Of a stretch of 64,000 bases of DNA, positions 37,401 through 45,554 are shown piece after piece. Below the pieces are notes generated by a model that saw nothing but the letters and a program-made list of their open reading frames with translations, was not told the origin of the DNA and did no database searches. Made by a program: the position numbers and the translations under genes. Every line of letters begins with the position of its first letter. The stretch's first letter is position 1. This DNA comes from a bacterium (GTDB lineage: Bacteria > Patescibacteriota > Minisyncoccia > Phycocordibacterales > UBA9973): positions 2,801-66,800 of the forward strand of contig JAKBMK010000020.1 in assembly GCA_021831595.1 (NCBI GenBank), read 5' to 3'.

Positions 37401-39049
37401 ACAGGTATGGCAACGTAGGTATTGGGACAACAAGCCCGGGAGAAAAGTTGCATATATATCAAGCTTCAGGAGAGCCTCATTTAGCATTAGAATCTGGCGA
37501 TTCAAACGCAGGAATATATATTAAAGCAGCAGCTGCAGCGTTTCCTTATATTAGATTTTATCAGGGTGGAGTAGGAAAATTTGAAATGGGAAAAGTTGCT
37601 TCGAATGGAAATTTTTACTTCAACAATACAACAGCATCTGGAGAAACAAATGCAACGATGGTAATTTCATCTGGTGGCAACGTCGGAATTGGAACAACGA
37701 GTCCGGATTATAAACTAACCGTAAATAGTTCAGGGAATACAAGTTCAGCTGCAAGTGCGTTGCATGGTCAATATTATGGACCGATGATTTCTACTGGACA
37801 AACAAGTTCGAGTTATTATGCTTTGAATATTACCAATAATGCATCAAGTCCAGGAACAGGAAATTCAATTTTTTATGTAAGAGCTGATGGTAATATTGGT
37901 ATCGGAACGACAAATCCTAGAGCAAGTTTAGAAATTGCTGGTGGTATTAGGGTGGCTGATGGTGTATACGGCGTTTCAAATAGTGCTGGTAATCAAATAT
38001 TAGCATCGTCGAGTGGCAGTAATTATCTATATAGCAGAACTTCTGGCAACCTTATAATCAGAAATGGTGCGGATTCAGCTGAGTTGTTAAGAATTACAGA
38101 TTCCGGTAACGTTGGGATTGGTACAACCAGCCCAAATCAGAAATTGGAAGTCAGTGGCACGATTAGACAAAGTGGTTGTACTACAGCGGGAACGATATCG
38201 GTCAATGCATCAGGAGATATTATATGTACTCCTTCATCAATCAGTTTCAAGAATACTAGAGAAGATTTAGAAGTAGGCTTGCAGACTTTGATACAACTAA
38301 AGCCAGTATCGTACAAATTCAATGACAATATGGATATGGGCGAGAAGACTCACTTCGGATTCATTTCAGAAGAAGTCGACTATGTTCTCCCTGAGCTTGC
38401 AACTCATGATAAAGACGGCAAGCCTTATGGCCTTGATACCAATGCGATTCTTGCGGTGACAGTAAACGCTGTGAAGGAGCTCAATACCAAAGTCGAAGAA
38501 ATGAATTTGAAGATTTCTGACTTGTCATCACTCGACACTACGAAGGCCACTTCACTCGGAAGTTTGATAAAGACTTTCCTAGCAGATGAATACAACAGAG
38601 TCGAAAAGATATTTGCCAAGACTGTCGTCACCGAAGGCCTCGAGATGAAAGATAGCGCAACAGGCGAGACATATTGCGTAATGGTCACAAATGGGGAAAT
38701 AAACAAAGTGAAAGGGAAGTGTGGCGAGCCTATTGTCGCTCCAGCTTCACAAGCAGCTTCGCCTGTAGTTTCTACTCTTCCTACTCCTAGTTGTACTGAC
38801 GGCATAATGAATCAAGACGAGACGGGGATAGATACGGGTGGTATATGCGATGTCCCAGTACTTGCGGATATGACTGCATACGATAATGCTCTTGCTGCAA
38901 AAGTTGAAGCGGACTATACGACAGATAGTTGGGCTCTCTACAAAGCAGTTCTCGATGCCAACATCGTCACAAATACTAATACTCAAGTCGAAGTCGACAC
39001 CGCCGTTGCCAACATCACCTCCGCCCAGGGAAGTCTAATTCCAAATTAA
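31424..39049 (+). CDS. C-terminal part of giant tail-fibre-like protein: ~25 GNVGIGTTxP-delimited modules, CBM-like module, S74 intramolecular chaperone, FIVAR-like tail
   Basis: Repeated GNVGIGT motifs; PSSISFKNT..LKPVSYKF..HFGFISEEV..AVKELN chaperone pattern; frame open upstream to 31286. Confidence 0.8.
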   Translation: MIIRQNGNVGIGISAPANTLQVGGLVSWGSASSRYGILDYATGKAMLYGTSGNALSLGANGTGDYLYITTAGLVGIGTVSPTQIMHIYGTSIRPQIESTANGGYSSLRFVGKNSAGTARVFEVGLNITADDVWQITDGSSTFVNVNTSGNVGIGTAAPSTKLEVVGTALIGNLANTISTPSVRFSGVGIYHPDTNYYGDYAGLLLNASSAWTGSAKRFLITNALNANKFAIIRSVDSSTDPALGTAGAVSSGTADFVIDASGNIGIGTTSPSHKLTVTGGNLAVENGNMYLASGYPLYFDYGITNDYSIAKSGTVLQLNTAGSFAMMGGNVGIGTTSPSTNLEIYGSSPILKVTQNPGVAGGGTIALTAAGVGSDTNAATLNLYNGSLWSRTDGSGIRFGSADKTSTWGILGSNVGVGTTNPTERLDVVGNAKISSTLLLEGQYVDFYNTNPTFRVVTGPGTFLIGDDDNVSLSSGRFFVKNNGNIGIGTTSPQNKLQIANGGIYLTSDNFDTDGIHQPLAWNPSSSNLQQSIIGSVNSDYADTSSTGGTLGIRIGANGGLYEGVPGYMNAGMQALIYGNGGDGAKGGGYLQFLTKDNTTSYSANGDVRMTINPIGNVGIGTTTPVSLLGLTHGKITVGQGANDKAELQGGTGFGALLRLYEGSGGTETVRLDAGGGGGTSWITSGNVGIGTTSPDNKLSVVAGGAAGGFSQGLSIITGNNSYTTGHGGMLQFQNEDVVTAGIRGVREDSWKSGLSFYTHSSGVGNTFDSTFLERMRIDGNGNVGIGTTGALTKLDVNGVIGKRHTVAGTVASPSVEGALQFVTGDTSTLLDVGMFFVNEFFNNNAAYMAFKTRDADTTIRTAMTIYKNGNVGIGTTSPSQKLQVAGNIALDAELTERFIRIAGSYGGAIRFRGNASAVDDRSLQFGTMDGNNLFTPRMIVDTNSGNVGIGTVTPAKTLEVNGDIMASSSGKIGFRYSGADNNFYSYIEGYPAGGALTLAGGLWTSSATQKAITFKTQGVADAMSILNNGNVGIGTTSPQTKLSVSNGGSQNIEIDPGFIQSFNRTTPGYAALPFYGSNFSFNVGNVGIGTTNPTYPLEIKSAVGAGALALVGRDADNVSSFEFLNSGKTSSAYIQGNGSWIRSRADGGFHFSKGSTPIVTGTDFTIEGLNVGIGTTSPNAKLDVAGIIRSNASNVGTLNLGSDSFSSTYTTAQIIGSTSPSYTSTGKLSFKVLTWGVNTDYGLTEQMYIDVPGADSKAATIVMAPYGGNVGIGTTSPQYSLHSPGSASFGLGSELLLNNSSFESDTSSPPSSWSNLGNTTGTAVVDGSAPSGNNVAEVVATGSGTIGYNAFKTASPLVLGKTYKITYYAKSISGGTTISLGIQATVDYQYNQAISTSWSQYSVTHTGTINPMTIGFSSASGAATFRVDNISVKEVNNLYVGTNGSVGIGSTSPISVLEVKSAAPILTINGTDNSQFKGINFATLGSVQASLLSNIATGELKLQSGTSGFGGFMTFNLDGSERMRIQATTGNVGIGTTAPGAKFETSSVSSGLVWNGILRNDYNANATNYGVGLKLKVSSDGVPNEINKWVGLAAVAGSTYSNRTDLALYTSASSATDPTEKMRIDGNGNVGIGTQTPGAKLDVIGNIYLSSANPYGGSSVYNVQKEQNVSSASVAGAGWYRVAQLGDVRGQNTVTIYTTGGSYAPQSTTIRWWHDWSAQGGLNVISEFGSSFWSQARVTSDGITNSYLEVYFNQAMAGGVYLSMQYDGGFAKGSLYSGSLPVGGDTVRMTTTTGLLSVGDKLTINNSGNVGIGITSPSQKLDVNGILKIEGQASSTFNSTSQGISFFAGNDNYKIGFDSQAGSRGYIRYNVDTNDSVHGHIFSAGASGSQTDLMTILGNGNVGIGTANPGTKLDIQGAINTSPVSIAQSGAANNTFGDYIGLDFKMSNEMSQYTGNPAARISAYLEGGSNGYGLDFWTKLDAANFSKAMRINRYGNVGIGTTSPGEKLHIYQASGEPHLALESGDSNAGIYIKAAAAAFPYIRFYQGGVGKFEMGKVASNGNFYFNNTTASGETNATMVISSGGNVGIGTTSPDYKLTVNSSGNTSSAASALHGQYYGPMISTGQTSSSYYALNITNNASSPGTGNSIFYVRADGNIGIGTTNPRASLEIAGGIRVADGVYGVSNSAGNQILASSSGSNYLYSRTSGNLIIRNGADSAELLRITDSGNVGIGTTSPNQKLEVSGTIRQSGCTTAGTISVNASGDIICTPSSISFKNTREDLEVGLQTLIQLKPVSYKFNDNMDMGEKTHFGFISEEVDYVLPELATHDKDGKPYGLDTNAILAVTVNAVKELNTKVEEMNLKISDLSSLDTTKATSLGSLIKTFLADEYNRVEKIFAKTVVTEGLEMKDSATGETYCVMVTNGEINKVKGKCGEPIVAPASQAASPVVSTLPTPSCTDGIMNQDETGIDTGGICDVPVLADMTAYDNALAAKVEADYTTDSWALYKAVLDANIVTNTNTQVEVDTAVANITSAQGSLIPN

Positions 39050-39066
39050 ATTAATTAAAAATTAAG

Positions 39067-39100
39067 TCAGGACAAACTCTGCACCTGCAGAGTTTGTCCT
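39067..39100. repeat. 34-bp palindromic direct repeat, copy 1
   Basis: TCAGGACAAACTCTGCA-CC-TGCAGAGTTTGTCCT. Confidence 0.9.
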
Positions 39101-39128
39101 AGATAAAATTTGGGTATATAATATTTGT

Positions 39129-39608
39129 ATGTCTATTGTAAGAGAAATATTAGATGAACTTTGGAATACAGAATACAATTACAAGGGAGTAAGGGTAAAT
39201 ATTTTTGGTATTCCGCGATTTAAAAAATATTCTGATAGTAGTTTACAACGAACGATAAATCGTTTAAAAGAGAAAGGAATAATAGAAAAAGAATTATCTG
39301 GAATTGTGCTTTCTAAATATGGTAAAAAATATTATCAGAAAAAGTTTGATTCTCTAAAACAATTTGAAAGACCCAAGAATCAACCCAAAGAGCGGAAACT
39401 CTTGGTAATGTTTGATGTTCCAACAGAAAAGAAGGGCGAGAGGGAATGGCTCCGCTGGCATTTAAAGAAATTCGATTATATTATGATTCAGCAAAGTGTC
39501 TGGGTTGGCCCATCACCACTACCTAAGGAATTTACTGAGTATTTAAAGAGTATAAAGCTGGATAGATGTATTAAGACTTTCAAACTAGAAAAACCATATT
39601 TTATTTAA
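39129..39608 (+). CDS. PaaX-like regulator with wHTH and Cas2-like ferredoxin domain
   Basis: SLQRTINRLKEKGIIE..LSKYG (wHTH); LLVMFDVP..EREWLRWHL..MIQQSVWV. Confidence 0.75.
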   Translation: MSIVREILDELWNTEYNYKGVRVNIFGIPRFKKYSDSSLQRTINRLKEKGIIEKELSGIVLSKYGKKYYQKKFDSLKQFERPKNQPKERKLLVMFDVPTEKKGEREWLRWHLKKFDYIMIQQSVWVGPSPLPKEFTEYLKSIKLDRCIKTFKLEKPYFI

Positions 39609-39629
39609 TATATTGTATTATATATAAAA

Positions 39630-39663
39630 TCAGGACAAATTCTGCACCTGCAGAGTTTGTCCT
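39630..39663. repeat. 34-bp palindromic direct repeat, copy 2
   Basis: TCAGGACAAATTCTGCA-CC-TGCAGAGTTTGTCCT; 33/34 identical to copy 1. Confidence 0.9.
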
Positions 39664-39685
39664 GATTAATATTTATATATTAATG

Positions 39686-40207
39686 TTATTTGCACAGTTC
39701 GAAAAATTCTTTTTCGGTGGATTCGTCGATTTTATCAGTGACGATGATGATGAGTTCGGTAGAAAGATTTAAATCTTTTTTGATATTTGTAAAGAGATGC
39801 TCAAAAGGATATACAGATATCCAAACAGAATTTTTGAGGCAAGTGAATCCTGCTTTTTTGAGTAAGTAGCGAAGAGCTTCACGCTCACTCTTTCTTTCTT
39901 CTGGCATATCGAGAAGTATTATTCTCCAAAATCCATCCCAAGTATTACTTACTATGGCATTATCGCACTCAAGCTTGAGACTGTTGGCCTTCTTCTTGCC
40001 TTCTTTTGTAAGTTTGGCGTATTTATTCTGGCCAGAGTCCACACTTTCTATGAGTCCTGCGTCTTTTAGACCCTTTATAGAGCGATTTAGAGCATACTGG
40101 CTATCCTTATCTAGGGCAATCTTGTCTTCTAGTTCAGAGACGGAAACAGCCGGTCTTTCGGACAGGATTTTGATAATTTTCTTTGAAAAATCACGCTTTT
40201 TTAACAT
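39686..40207 (-). CDS. PaaX-like regulator (wHTH plus Cas2-like domain), divergent from dnaK
   Basis: ALNRSIKGLKDAGLIE..LTKEG; WDGFWRIILLDMPEERKSEREALR..LKKAGF..LKNSVWI. Confidence 0.8.
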   Translation of the reverse strand: MLKKRDFSKKIIKILSERPAVSVSELEDKIALDKDSQYALNRSIKGLKDAGLIESVDSGQNKYAKLTKEGKKKANSLKLECDNAIVSNTWDGFWRIILLDMPEERKSEREALRYLLKKAGFTCLKNSVWISVYPFEHLFTNIKKDLNLSTELIIIVTDKIDESTEKEFFELCK

Positions 40208-40213
40208 GTTGAC

Positions 40214-40308
40214 ATTATATCATAGGTGATTATAATATTCAACAAGTATTTTGCGGTCGCTAAATACTTGTCAAAAAATAAGTGTGAGTGTATACTGGGA
40301 GTGTGAGT
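40214..40308. promoter_or_regulatory. Back-to-back promoters with a central inverted repeat and direct repeats
   Basis: dnaK: TTGTCA(40268)-17-TATACT(40291). Minus strand: TTGAAT-17-TATAAT. IR ACAAGTATTT/AAATACTTGT at 40242-40271; AGTGTGAGT at 40281 and 40300. Confidence 0.65.
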
Positions 40309-40352
40309 AAATTTTATTATCAAAAATTATTAGTTAATTATTTAAAATAAAT

Positions 40353-42248
40353 ATGAGTAAAATAATAGGTATAGATTTGGGTACAACAAACAGTGCAGTT
40401 GCCATCATAGAAGGTGGACAACCAAAAATTATTGAGAATATCGAAGGAGCACGTACAACTCCATCAGTAGTTGCCATCACAAAGAATGGTGATAGAATGG
40501 TGGGTCTTCTTGCCAAGCGTCAGGCAGTGACAAATCCGGAGAATACCGTATATGGTATCAAGAGATTCATTGGCCACATGTATGATGATCCTGAAATACA
40601 AAAAGACGAGAAAACAATTCCTTACAAAATTCAAAAAGGAAGTACAGGAGGAGTAGAAACTAAAATCGGAGATGGTTGGCTTCGTCCAGAAGAAATTTCT
40701 GCGATGATATTAAGTAAAATTAAAGCTGATGTCGAAGCAAAACTCGGTGAGAAAATTACTGAAGCGGTTATTACTGTGCCAGCTTACTTCAACGATGCAC
40801 AAAGAAAAGCTACGAAAGATGCTGGAATTATCGCTGGACTTGATGTGAAGAGAATTATCAATGAGCCTACAGCCGCAGCTCTCGCTTATGGATTTAATAC
40901 AAAGAAGAATGAGAAAATAGTTGTTTATGACTTTGGGGGTGGAACGTTTGATGTTTCAGTTCTTGAGGTTGGAGATGATGTTATCGAAGTAAAGTCTACA
41001 GACGGAGACTCACACATGGGAGGTGAAGATATAGATCAAAAGATTGTGAAGTGGATTGCTGATGAATACAAGAAAGAGTCTGGTATTGATGTCACGAAAG
41101 ATATGCTTGCACTACAACGCTTAAAAGAAGCTGCTGAGAAGACAAAGCACGAACTTTCAACTACTACTGATTCAGAAATAAATATTCCATTCATCACTTC
41201 TGATGCTTCAGGGCCAAAGCACTTACTCCTAAAGATGTCTCGTGCTGTTCTCGAATCTCTAGCTGAAGAATATGTTACTCGTTCTATAGAGATCACAAAG
41301 CGTGCTATTGAAGCTTCACCATTTAAGATGGGAGAAATAAATGAAATAATTCTCGTTGGTGGACAGACAAGAATGCCAATGATTGTAGAAGCAGTAAAGA
41401 AATTATTTGGCAAGGAACCAAATCGTTCTATCAATCCAGATGAAGTTGTCGCTCTCGGTGCTGCTGTTCAGGCTGGAGTATTGCAAGGAGATGTACGTGA
41501 TGTTCTTCTTCTAGACGTTATTCCTCTATCTCTTGGTATTGAAACATTGGGAGGAGTTTCTACAAAACTTATAGATAGAAATACAACAATTCCTTCTTCA
41601 AAGTCCCAAATATTCTCAACTGCTGCAGATAATCAGACAAGTGTAGAAATCCACATAACTCAAGGTGAACGTCCAATGGCAAGTGACAACAAGAGTTTGG
41701 GCCGATTTATTCTAGATGGTATTCCACCTGCACCAAGAGGTATTCCTCAAGTAGAAGTTACTTTTGATGTGGATGCAAACGGAATTCTAAATGTGAAGGC
41801 TATGGATAAGGCTTCAGGTAAGGTTCAATCTATACGTATTGAAGCTTCATCAGGCCTCACAGATGCTGAAATAAAGAGAATGCAAGATGATGCAGCAGCT
41901 CATGCCGCTGAAGATGCCAAGAAAAAGGAACTTGCAGATGTGAAGAATACTGCCGAAATGATGATCTTCACAGCAGAGAAATCTGTGAAAGATTATGGAG
42001 ATAAAGTAGACGCTGCTATTAAGACAGAGGTAGAAGCCAAAATAGCCCTACTTCGAACAGCAAAAGATGGATCTGGTATGGAGGCTATTAAAAAAGCGAC
42101 AGAAGATCTTTCAGCTGAAATGTCTAAAATAGGTGAAGCTATGAGTAAAGCAGGTACAGGACCAACCGAAGGTACCAATCCTACACCTGAGGCTCAAGAA
42201 CCAGAAATAAAAGACGCAGAAGTAAATGAGAACCCAGAAACTAAGTAA
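40353..42248 (+). CDS. dnaK: Chaperone DnaK
   Basis: [49 protein letters not shown]. Confidence 0.98.
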   Translation: MSKIIGIDLGTTNSAVAIIEGGQPKIIENIEGARTTPSVVAITKNGDRMVGLLAKRQAVTNPENTVYGIKRFIGHMYDDPEIQKDEKTIPYKIQKGSTGGVETKIGDGWLRPEEISAMILSKIKADVEAKLGEKITEAVITVPAYFNDAQRKATKDAGIIAGLDVKRIINEPTAAALAYGFNTKKNEKIVVYDFGGGTFDVSVLEVGDDVIEVKSTDGDSHMGGEDIDQKIVKWIADEYKKESGIDVTKDMLALQRLKEAAEKTKHELSTTTDSEINIPFITSDASGPKHLLLKMSRAVLESLAEEYVTRSIEITKRAIEASPFKMGEINEIILVGGQTRMPMIVEAVKKLFGKEPNRSINPDEVVALGAAVQAGVLQGDVRDVLLLDVIPLSLGIETLGGVSTKLIDRNTTIPSSKSQIFSTAADNQTSVEIHITQGERPMASDNKSLGRFILDGIPPAPRGIPQVEVTFDVDANGILNVKAMDKASGKVQSIRIEASSGLTDAEIKRMQDDAAAHAAEDAKKKELADVKNTAEMMIFTAEKSVKDYGDKVDAAIKTEVEAKIALLRTAKDGSGMEAIKKATEDLSAEMSKIGEAMSKAGTGPTEGTNPTPEAQEPEIKDAEVNENPETK

Positions 42249-42261
42249 AGTTTAAAGCTAC

Positions 42262-42367
42262 AACGGCGCAATATATTAAAATTTTACTCGCTTATCCCTC
42301 TCCGCAAGTATTAACTTGCTCCGGCGCGCCCACACCTACTCGTAAAATTTTAATATATTGCGCCGTT
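42262..42367. repeat. 106-bp element with perfect 26-bp terminal inverted repeats
   Basis: AACGGCGCAATATATTAAAATTTTAC ... GTAAAATTTTAATATATTGCGCCGTT around a 54-nt GC-rich core. Confidence 0.85.
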
Positions 42368-42385
42368 TATGCTACTATAAAAATT

Positions 42386-43471
42386 ATGCCCAAAGATTAT
42401 TACAAAATATTAGGAGTAGACAAGAAAGCTTCAAAGGAAGAAATAAAAAAAGCTTTTCATAAACTAGCTCATGCTCATCATCCAGACAAGAATAATGGTG
42501 ATGACAAAAAGTTTAAAGAAGTGAATGAAGCTTATCAAGTTCTTTCTGATGACAAGAAGAGGGCTTCTTATGATCAATTCGGTAGTGCTGACGGGCCACA
42601 AGGCTTTGGTGGTGGAGGATTCGGAGGCCAGGGAGGATTTGGCGGATTTGATTTCAGAAATGGACAGGGAGGAATGGAATTCGATATGGGCGACCTAGGA
42701 GAAATCTTTGGTGACTTTTTTGGAGGTGGAAGAACTAAAAGTAAATCTAGAAAAGGTAGAGATGTACATACAGAAATTTATTTATCTTTTGAAGAAGCTG
42801 TTTTTGGAGTTGAGAAAAAGATAAATTTAAATAAACAATCTATTTGTAGTGTGTGTGGTGGAACAGGTGCCAAGGTTGGTACAAAAATGGATAATTGTAA
42901 GACTTGTAATGGCCAAGGTCAAATAAGAGAAATTCGTCGTTCAATACTAGGCAATTTTGAATCTGTAAAGACTTGTGAGACTTGTTTTGGAAGTGGTAAA
43001 GTTCCAACGCAGAAATGTAGTGAGTGTCGCGGCGCTGGGGTTGTAAAAAAGAATGAAGAAATAACCATAAAAATACCATCAGGTATAAATAATGGAGAAA
43101 CTTTACGTGTGCGTGACCAAGGAGAAGCTATTCAAGGAGCTTCTGCTGGGGATCTGTACATAAAGATGAATGTCAAAAACCATACGGTCTTTACTCGTGA
43201 AGATGCAAATTTATTGATGGATTTGAAGATAAAACTCACAGACTCACTCTTAGGGTTTAATTATAATTTGAAAACCTTGGATGGACATAACATAGAAGTG
43301 AAGATTCCAGAAGGAATAAATAACGGCGAAATGCTTCGTGTTCGAGGTAAAGGTGTGCCCGTCGGCGGAGGAAGAGGAGATATAATCATCAAGATTCATG
43401 TAGATATACCTAAGAAACTTTCTCGCAAAACAAAAGAAATAATAGAAGAGCTCAAGAAAGAAGGGTTGTAA
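42386..43471 (+). CDS. dnaJ: Chaperone DnaJ
   Basis: J domain HPD, G/F region, four CxxCxGxG repeats. Confidence 0.98.
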   Translation: MPKDYYKILGVDKKASKEEIKKAFHKLAHAHHPDKNNGDDKKFKEVNEAYQVLSDDKKRASYDQFGSADGPQGFGGGGFGGQGGFGGFDFRNGQGGMEFDMGDLGEIFGDFFGGGRTKSKSRKGRDVHTEIYLSFEEAVFGVEKKINLNKQSICSVCGGTGAKVGTKMDNCKTCNGQGQIREIRRSILGNFESVKTCETCFGSGKVPTQKCSECRGAGVVKKNEEITIKIPSGINNGETLRVRDQGEAIQGASAGDLYIKMNVKNHTVFTREDANLLMDLKIKLTDSLLGFNYNLKTLDGHNIEVKIPEGINNGEMLRVRGKGVPVGGGRGDIIIKIHVDIPKKLSRKTKEIIEELKKEGL

Positions 43472-43522
43472 AATCTTTACAAATCCCACAGATTTGCTAT
43501 TATTGTCAATATTATTATTTAT

Positions 43523-43576
43523 TTATCAAGAGCCGAAGGTACTGAGAGATTTCTCGAAGTACAGATAATGCTTGAT
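43523..43576 (+). promoter_or_regulatory. Candidate structured 5' leader of the decarboxylase gene
   Basis: Nested pairings ATCAAG/CTTGAT, GTACT/AGTAC, GAGA/TCTC; alternative TTATC/GATAA. Confidence 0.4.
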
Positions 43577-43584
43577 GTAAAGAA

Positions 43585-44961
43585 ATGACAAAACGTTCAA
43601 TCGCTTCTCGAAAACTTTGGAAGCTTGGTGTAAATGATTTTAATACTCAATATTTTGATTTCAACAAAGACGGTGATTTAATCGCCAAAGAAGGAAACAA
43701 TGTTTACAATATTCGCTATCTAGCTGAGAAGTTCGGAACTTCCCTTGAGATCCTTTTCCCATTCATTATCGAGGAACGAGTAGAAGACCTTCTTGACCTT
43801 TCGGCCTCTCTTATAAAAAAGCATAAATATCAGGGTAAATTCTATTATCACTATCCTATGAAGAGTAATCAGACCAAAGAGGTTGTTCAAGCTGTGGTAG
43901 GAGAAGGTGCAAATATTGAAACTGCTTCGTATAATGAATTGTACATAGTGAAGAAAATGCTCGAGCAAGAATCATTCAATGAGAAAATGAGAATTCTTTG
44001 TAATGGACCAAAGACGGATAAATATATAAATCTAATAGACGAACTTCAACATAGAGGTCTCAAAGTCATTCCTATCATAGAAGGACCTTCAGAACTTAGT
44101 ACATTCCAAAATTCCAAGTACGATGTTGGTATCAGACTCGATATCCCAGTAAAATCCAAAACTAATTGGAACAAGCAAATAGATAGATTTGGTTTCAGTA
44201 GAAATGAAATTTTGAAAATGTCATCATTTAAAAATTTGAAAGTTCTACATTACCGAATAGGTAAAATAGAAAAGCTCTCTGATTTGGTAGAAACTACAAA
44301 ATATGCTTTGAATGTTTATTTTAAATTAAAAGAGAAGAATCCATCTCTCGATACTCTCGATATTGGAGGAGGCATGCCTATTCCATTTGAAAGAAATAAA
44401 AAATATCCTGCTGATAAAATTCTCGAAAAGCTATTTGAATTATTGAAAAAGGAAGCTGAAAAGAGGGAAATGCCGCATCCAAATTTGATTTGTGAATGGG
44501 GAAGATACATGGTTGCCCCTGCGCAAATTACTATTTTTAAAGTTATAGATACCAAGAAAATATCTCACAAAGGAGTTGATGCAAAGAAATGGTATGTTAT
44601 TGATGGAAGTTTAATGAACGATCTCATTGATACTTGGGCTATAAATCAAAAATGGTTTGTTGCTCCTATAAACAATAAGTTAGACGGGGAATTGAATGAT
44701 GTTTGGATTTCTGGTTCTAGTTGTGATTCTGATGATATCTATACAGGTATAGGAGACTCTGTGACTCTACCAGACTATGATTATAGTCCAAATGAGCCTT
44801 TCTATGTAGTATTCTTTGATACTGGTGCATATCAAGACGCCTTGGCTTCACATCACTGCATGCTTTCTTCTCCTATTAAAATAATTGCAGAAAACGGACA
44901 TATAGTTGTTGCTAGAAAAAGAGAGACTCCAGAAGATGTTGGTAAAGAATTTGGTTGGTAA
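43585..44961 (+). CDS. speA: PLP-dependent fold-III basic amino acid decarboxylase, most like short arginine decarboxylase
   Basis: YPMKSNQ (PLP Lys, cf. SpeA YPIKxNQ), CNGPK, LDIGGG, CEWGRY, SCDSDD, TGAYQD; agmatinase nearby. Confidence 0.7.
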   Translation: MTKRSIASRKLWKLGVNDFNTQYFDFNKDGDLIAKEGNNVYNIRYLAEKFGTSLEILFPFIIEERVEDLLDLSASLIKKHKYQGKFYYHYPMKSNQTKEVVQAVVGEGANIETASYNELYIVKKMLEQESFNEKMRILCNGPKTDKYINLIDELQHRGLKVIPIIEGPSELSTFQNSKYDVGIRLDIPVKSKTNWNKQIDRFGFSRNEILKMSSFKNLKVLHYRIGKIEKLSDLVETTKYALNVYFKLKEKNPSLDTLDIGGGMPIPFERNKKYPADKILEKLFELLKKEAEKREMPHPNLICEWGRYMVAPAQITIFKVIDTKKISHKGVDAKKWYVIDGSLMNDLIDTWAINQKWFVAPINNKLDGELNDVWISGSSCDSDDIYTGIGDSVTLPDYDYSPNEPFYVVFFDTGAYQDALASHHCMLSSPIKIIAENGHIVVARKRETPEDVGKEFGW

Positions 44962-44966
44962 ATATT

Positions 44967-45269
44967 ATGATTTGGCTTTTATTGGGCGGATTTATATTAA
45001 CTATAGGAGATATTTTCTTTAAATTCTGGACTAAACACCCACATAATTGGATGTATCTTGTTGGTATCAGTATTTACATTATAGGATTAATGTTTTTAAT
45101 ACAGAGTTTTAAAAATACAAACATTGCGGTGGCTTCTGCTATCTTTGTGATTGCAAATATTGTTACTCTTGCTGTCGTTAGTTGGCTGTTTTTTCATGAA
45201 CCACTTTCATATCTGCAAATATTTGGAATCGTTTTGGCGATAATAGCTATCTTTATATTAGAAATATAA
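44967..45269 (+). CDS. SMR/DMT family small transporter
   Basis: 100 aa, 4 TM, NIAVASAIF, FFHEPLSYLQIFGI; acidic residue in TM1. Confidence 0.75.
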   Translation: MIWLLLGGFILTIGDIFFKFWTKHPHNWMYLVGISIYIIGLMFLIQSFKNTNIAVASAIFVIANIVTLAVVSWLFFHEPLSYLQIFGIVLAIIAIFILEI

Positions 45270-45317
45270 TAAAAGGCTCGACTTGTTAATTTATATTATT
45301 TAAATTATAATACAAAC

Positions 45318-45377
45318 ATGTTAAAGAAGGGTAGTTATATGAATATAGCATGGTGGACAGCTCACATTTGTGGGTAG
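45318..45377 (+). CDS. trpL: Trp leader peptide (not in ORF track)
   Basis: MLKKGSYMNIAWWTAHICG* with tandem TGG TGG; second possible start 45339. Confidence 0.8.
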   Translation: MLKKGSYMNIAWWTAHICG

Positions 45378-45440
45378 TCTTCATTGTATTTATAATTATC
45401 TCTGAGTAATAAAAGACAACCCACATTTGTGGGCTTTTTT
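45361..45440 (+). promoter_or_regulatory. Transcriptional attenuator upstream of trpB
   Basis: Antiterminator TGTGGGTAGTCTT / AAGACAACCCACA; terminator CCCAC-ATTT-GTGGG followed by CTTTTTT. Confidence 0.8.
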
Positions 45441-45554
45441 ATTGTCAAATTTAAAATCATATGGATAAATTTATTTTTAAACAACATTGTACTGAGTTCT
45501 GGCGCTAGTAAAAACGCTTAGTTTTTACATTACTATTTTAAAAATAAAAATTAT

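Noticed and set aside
28452-39049. Prophage
   Set aside because: Tail-fibre-like features only; has a signal/TM anchor; no integrase, terminase, capsid or portal genes.
39067-40207. CRISPR-Cas locus (Cas2-like domains plus palindromic repeats)
   Set aside because: Only two repeats, 563 bp apart and enclosing a gene; no spacers or cas1; proteins carry PaaX-type wHTH.
43523-43576. Canonical SAM-I riboswitch
   Set aside because: Too short and lacks the P2 kink-turn/pseudoknot and P3 core; kept only as a candidate leader.
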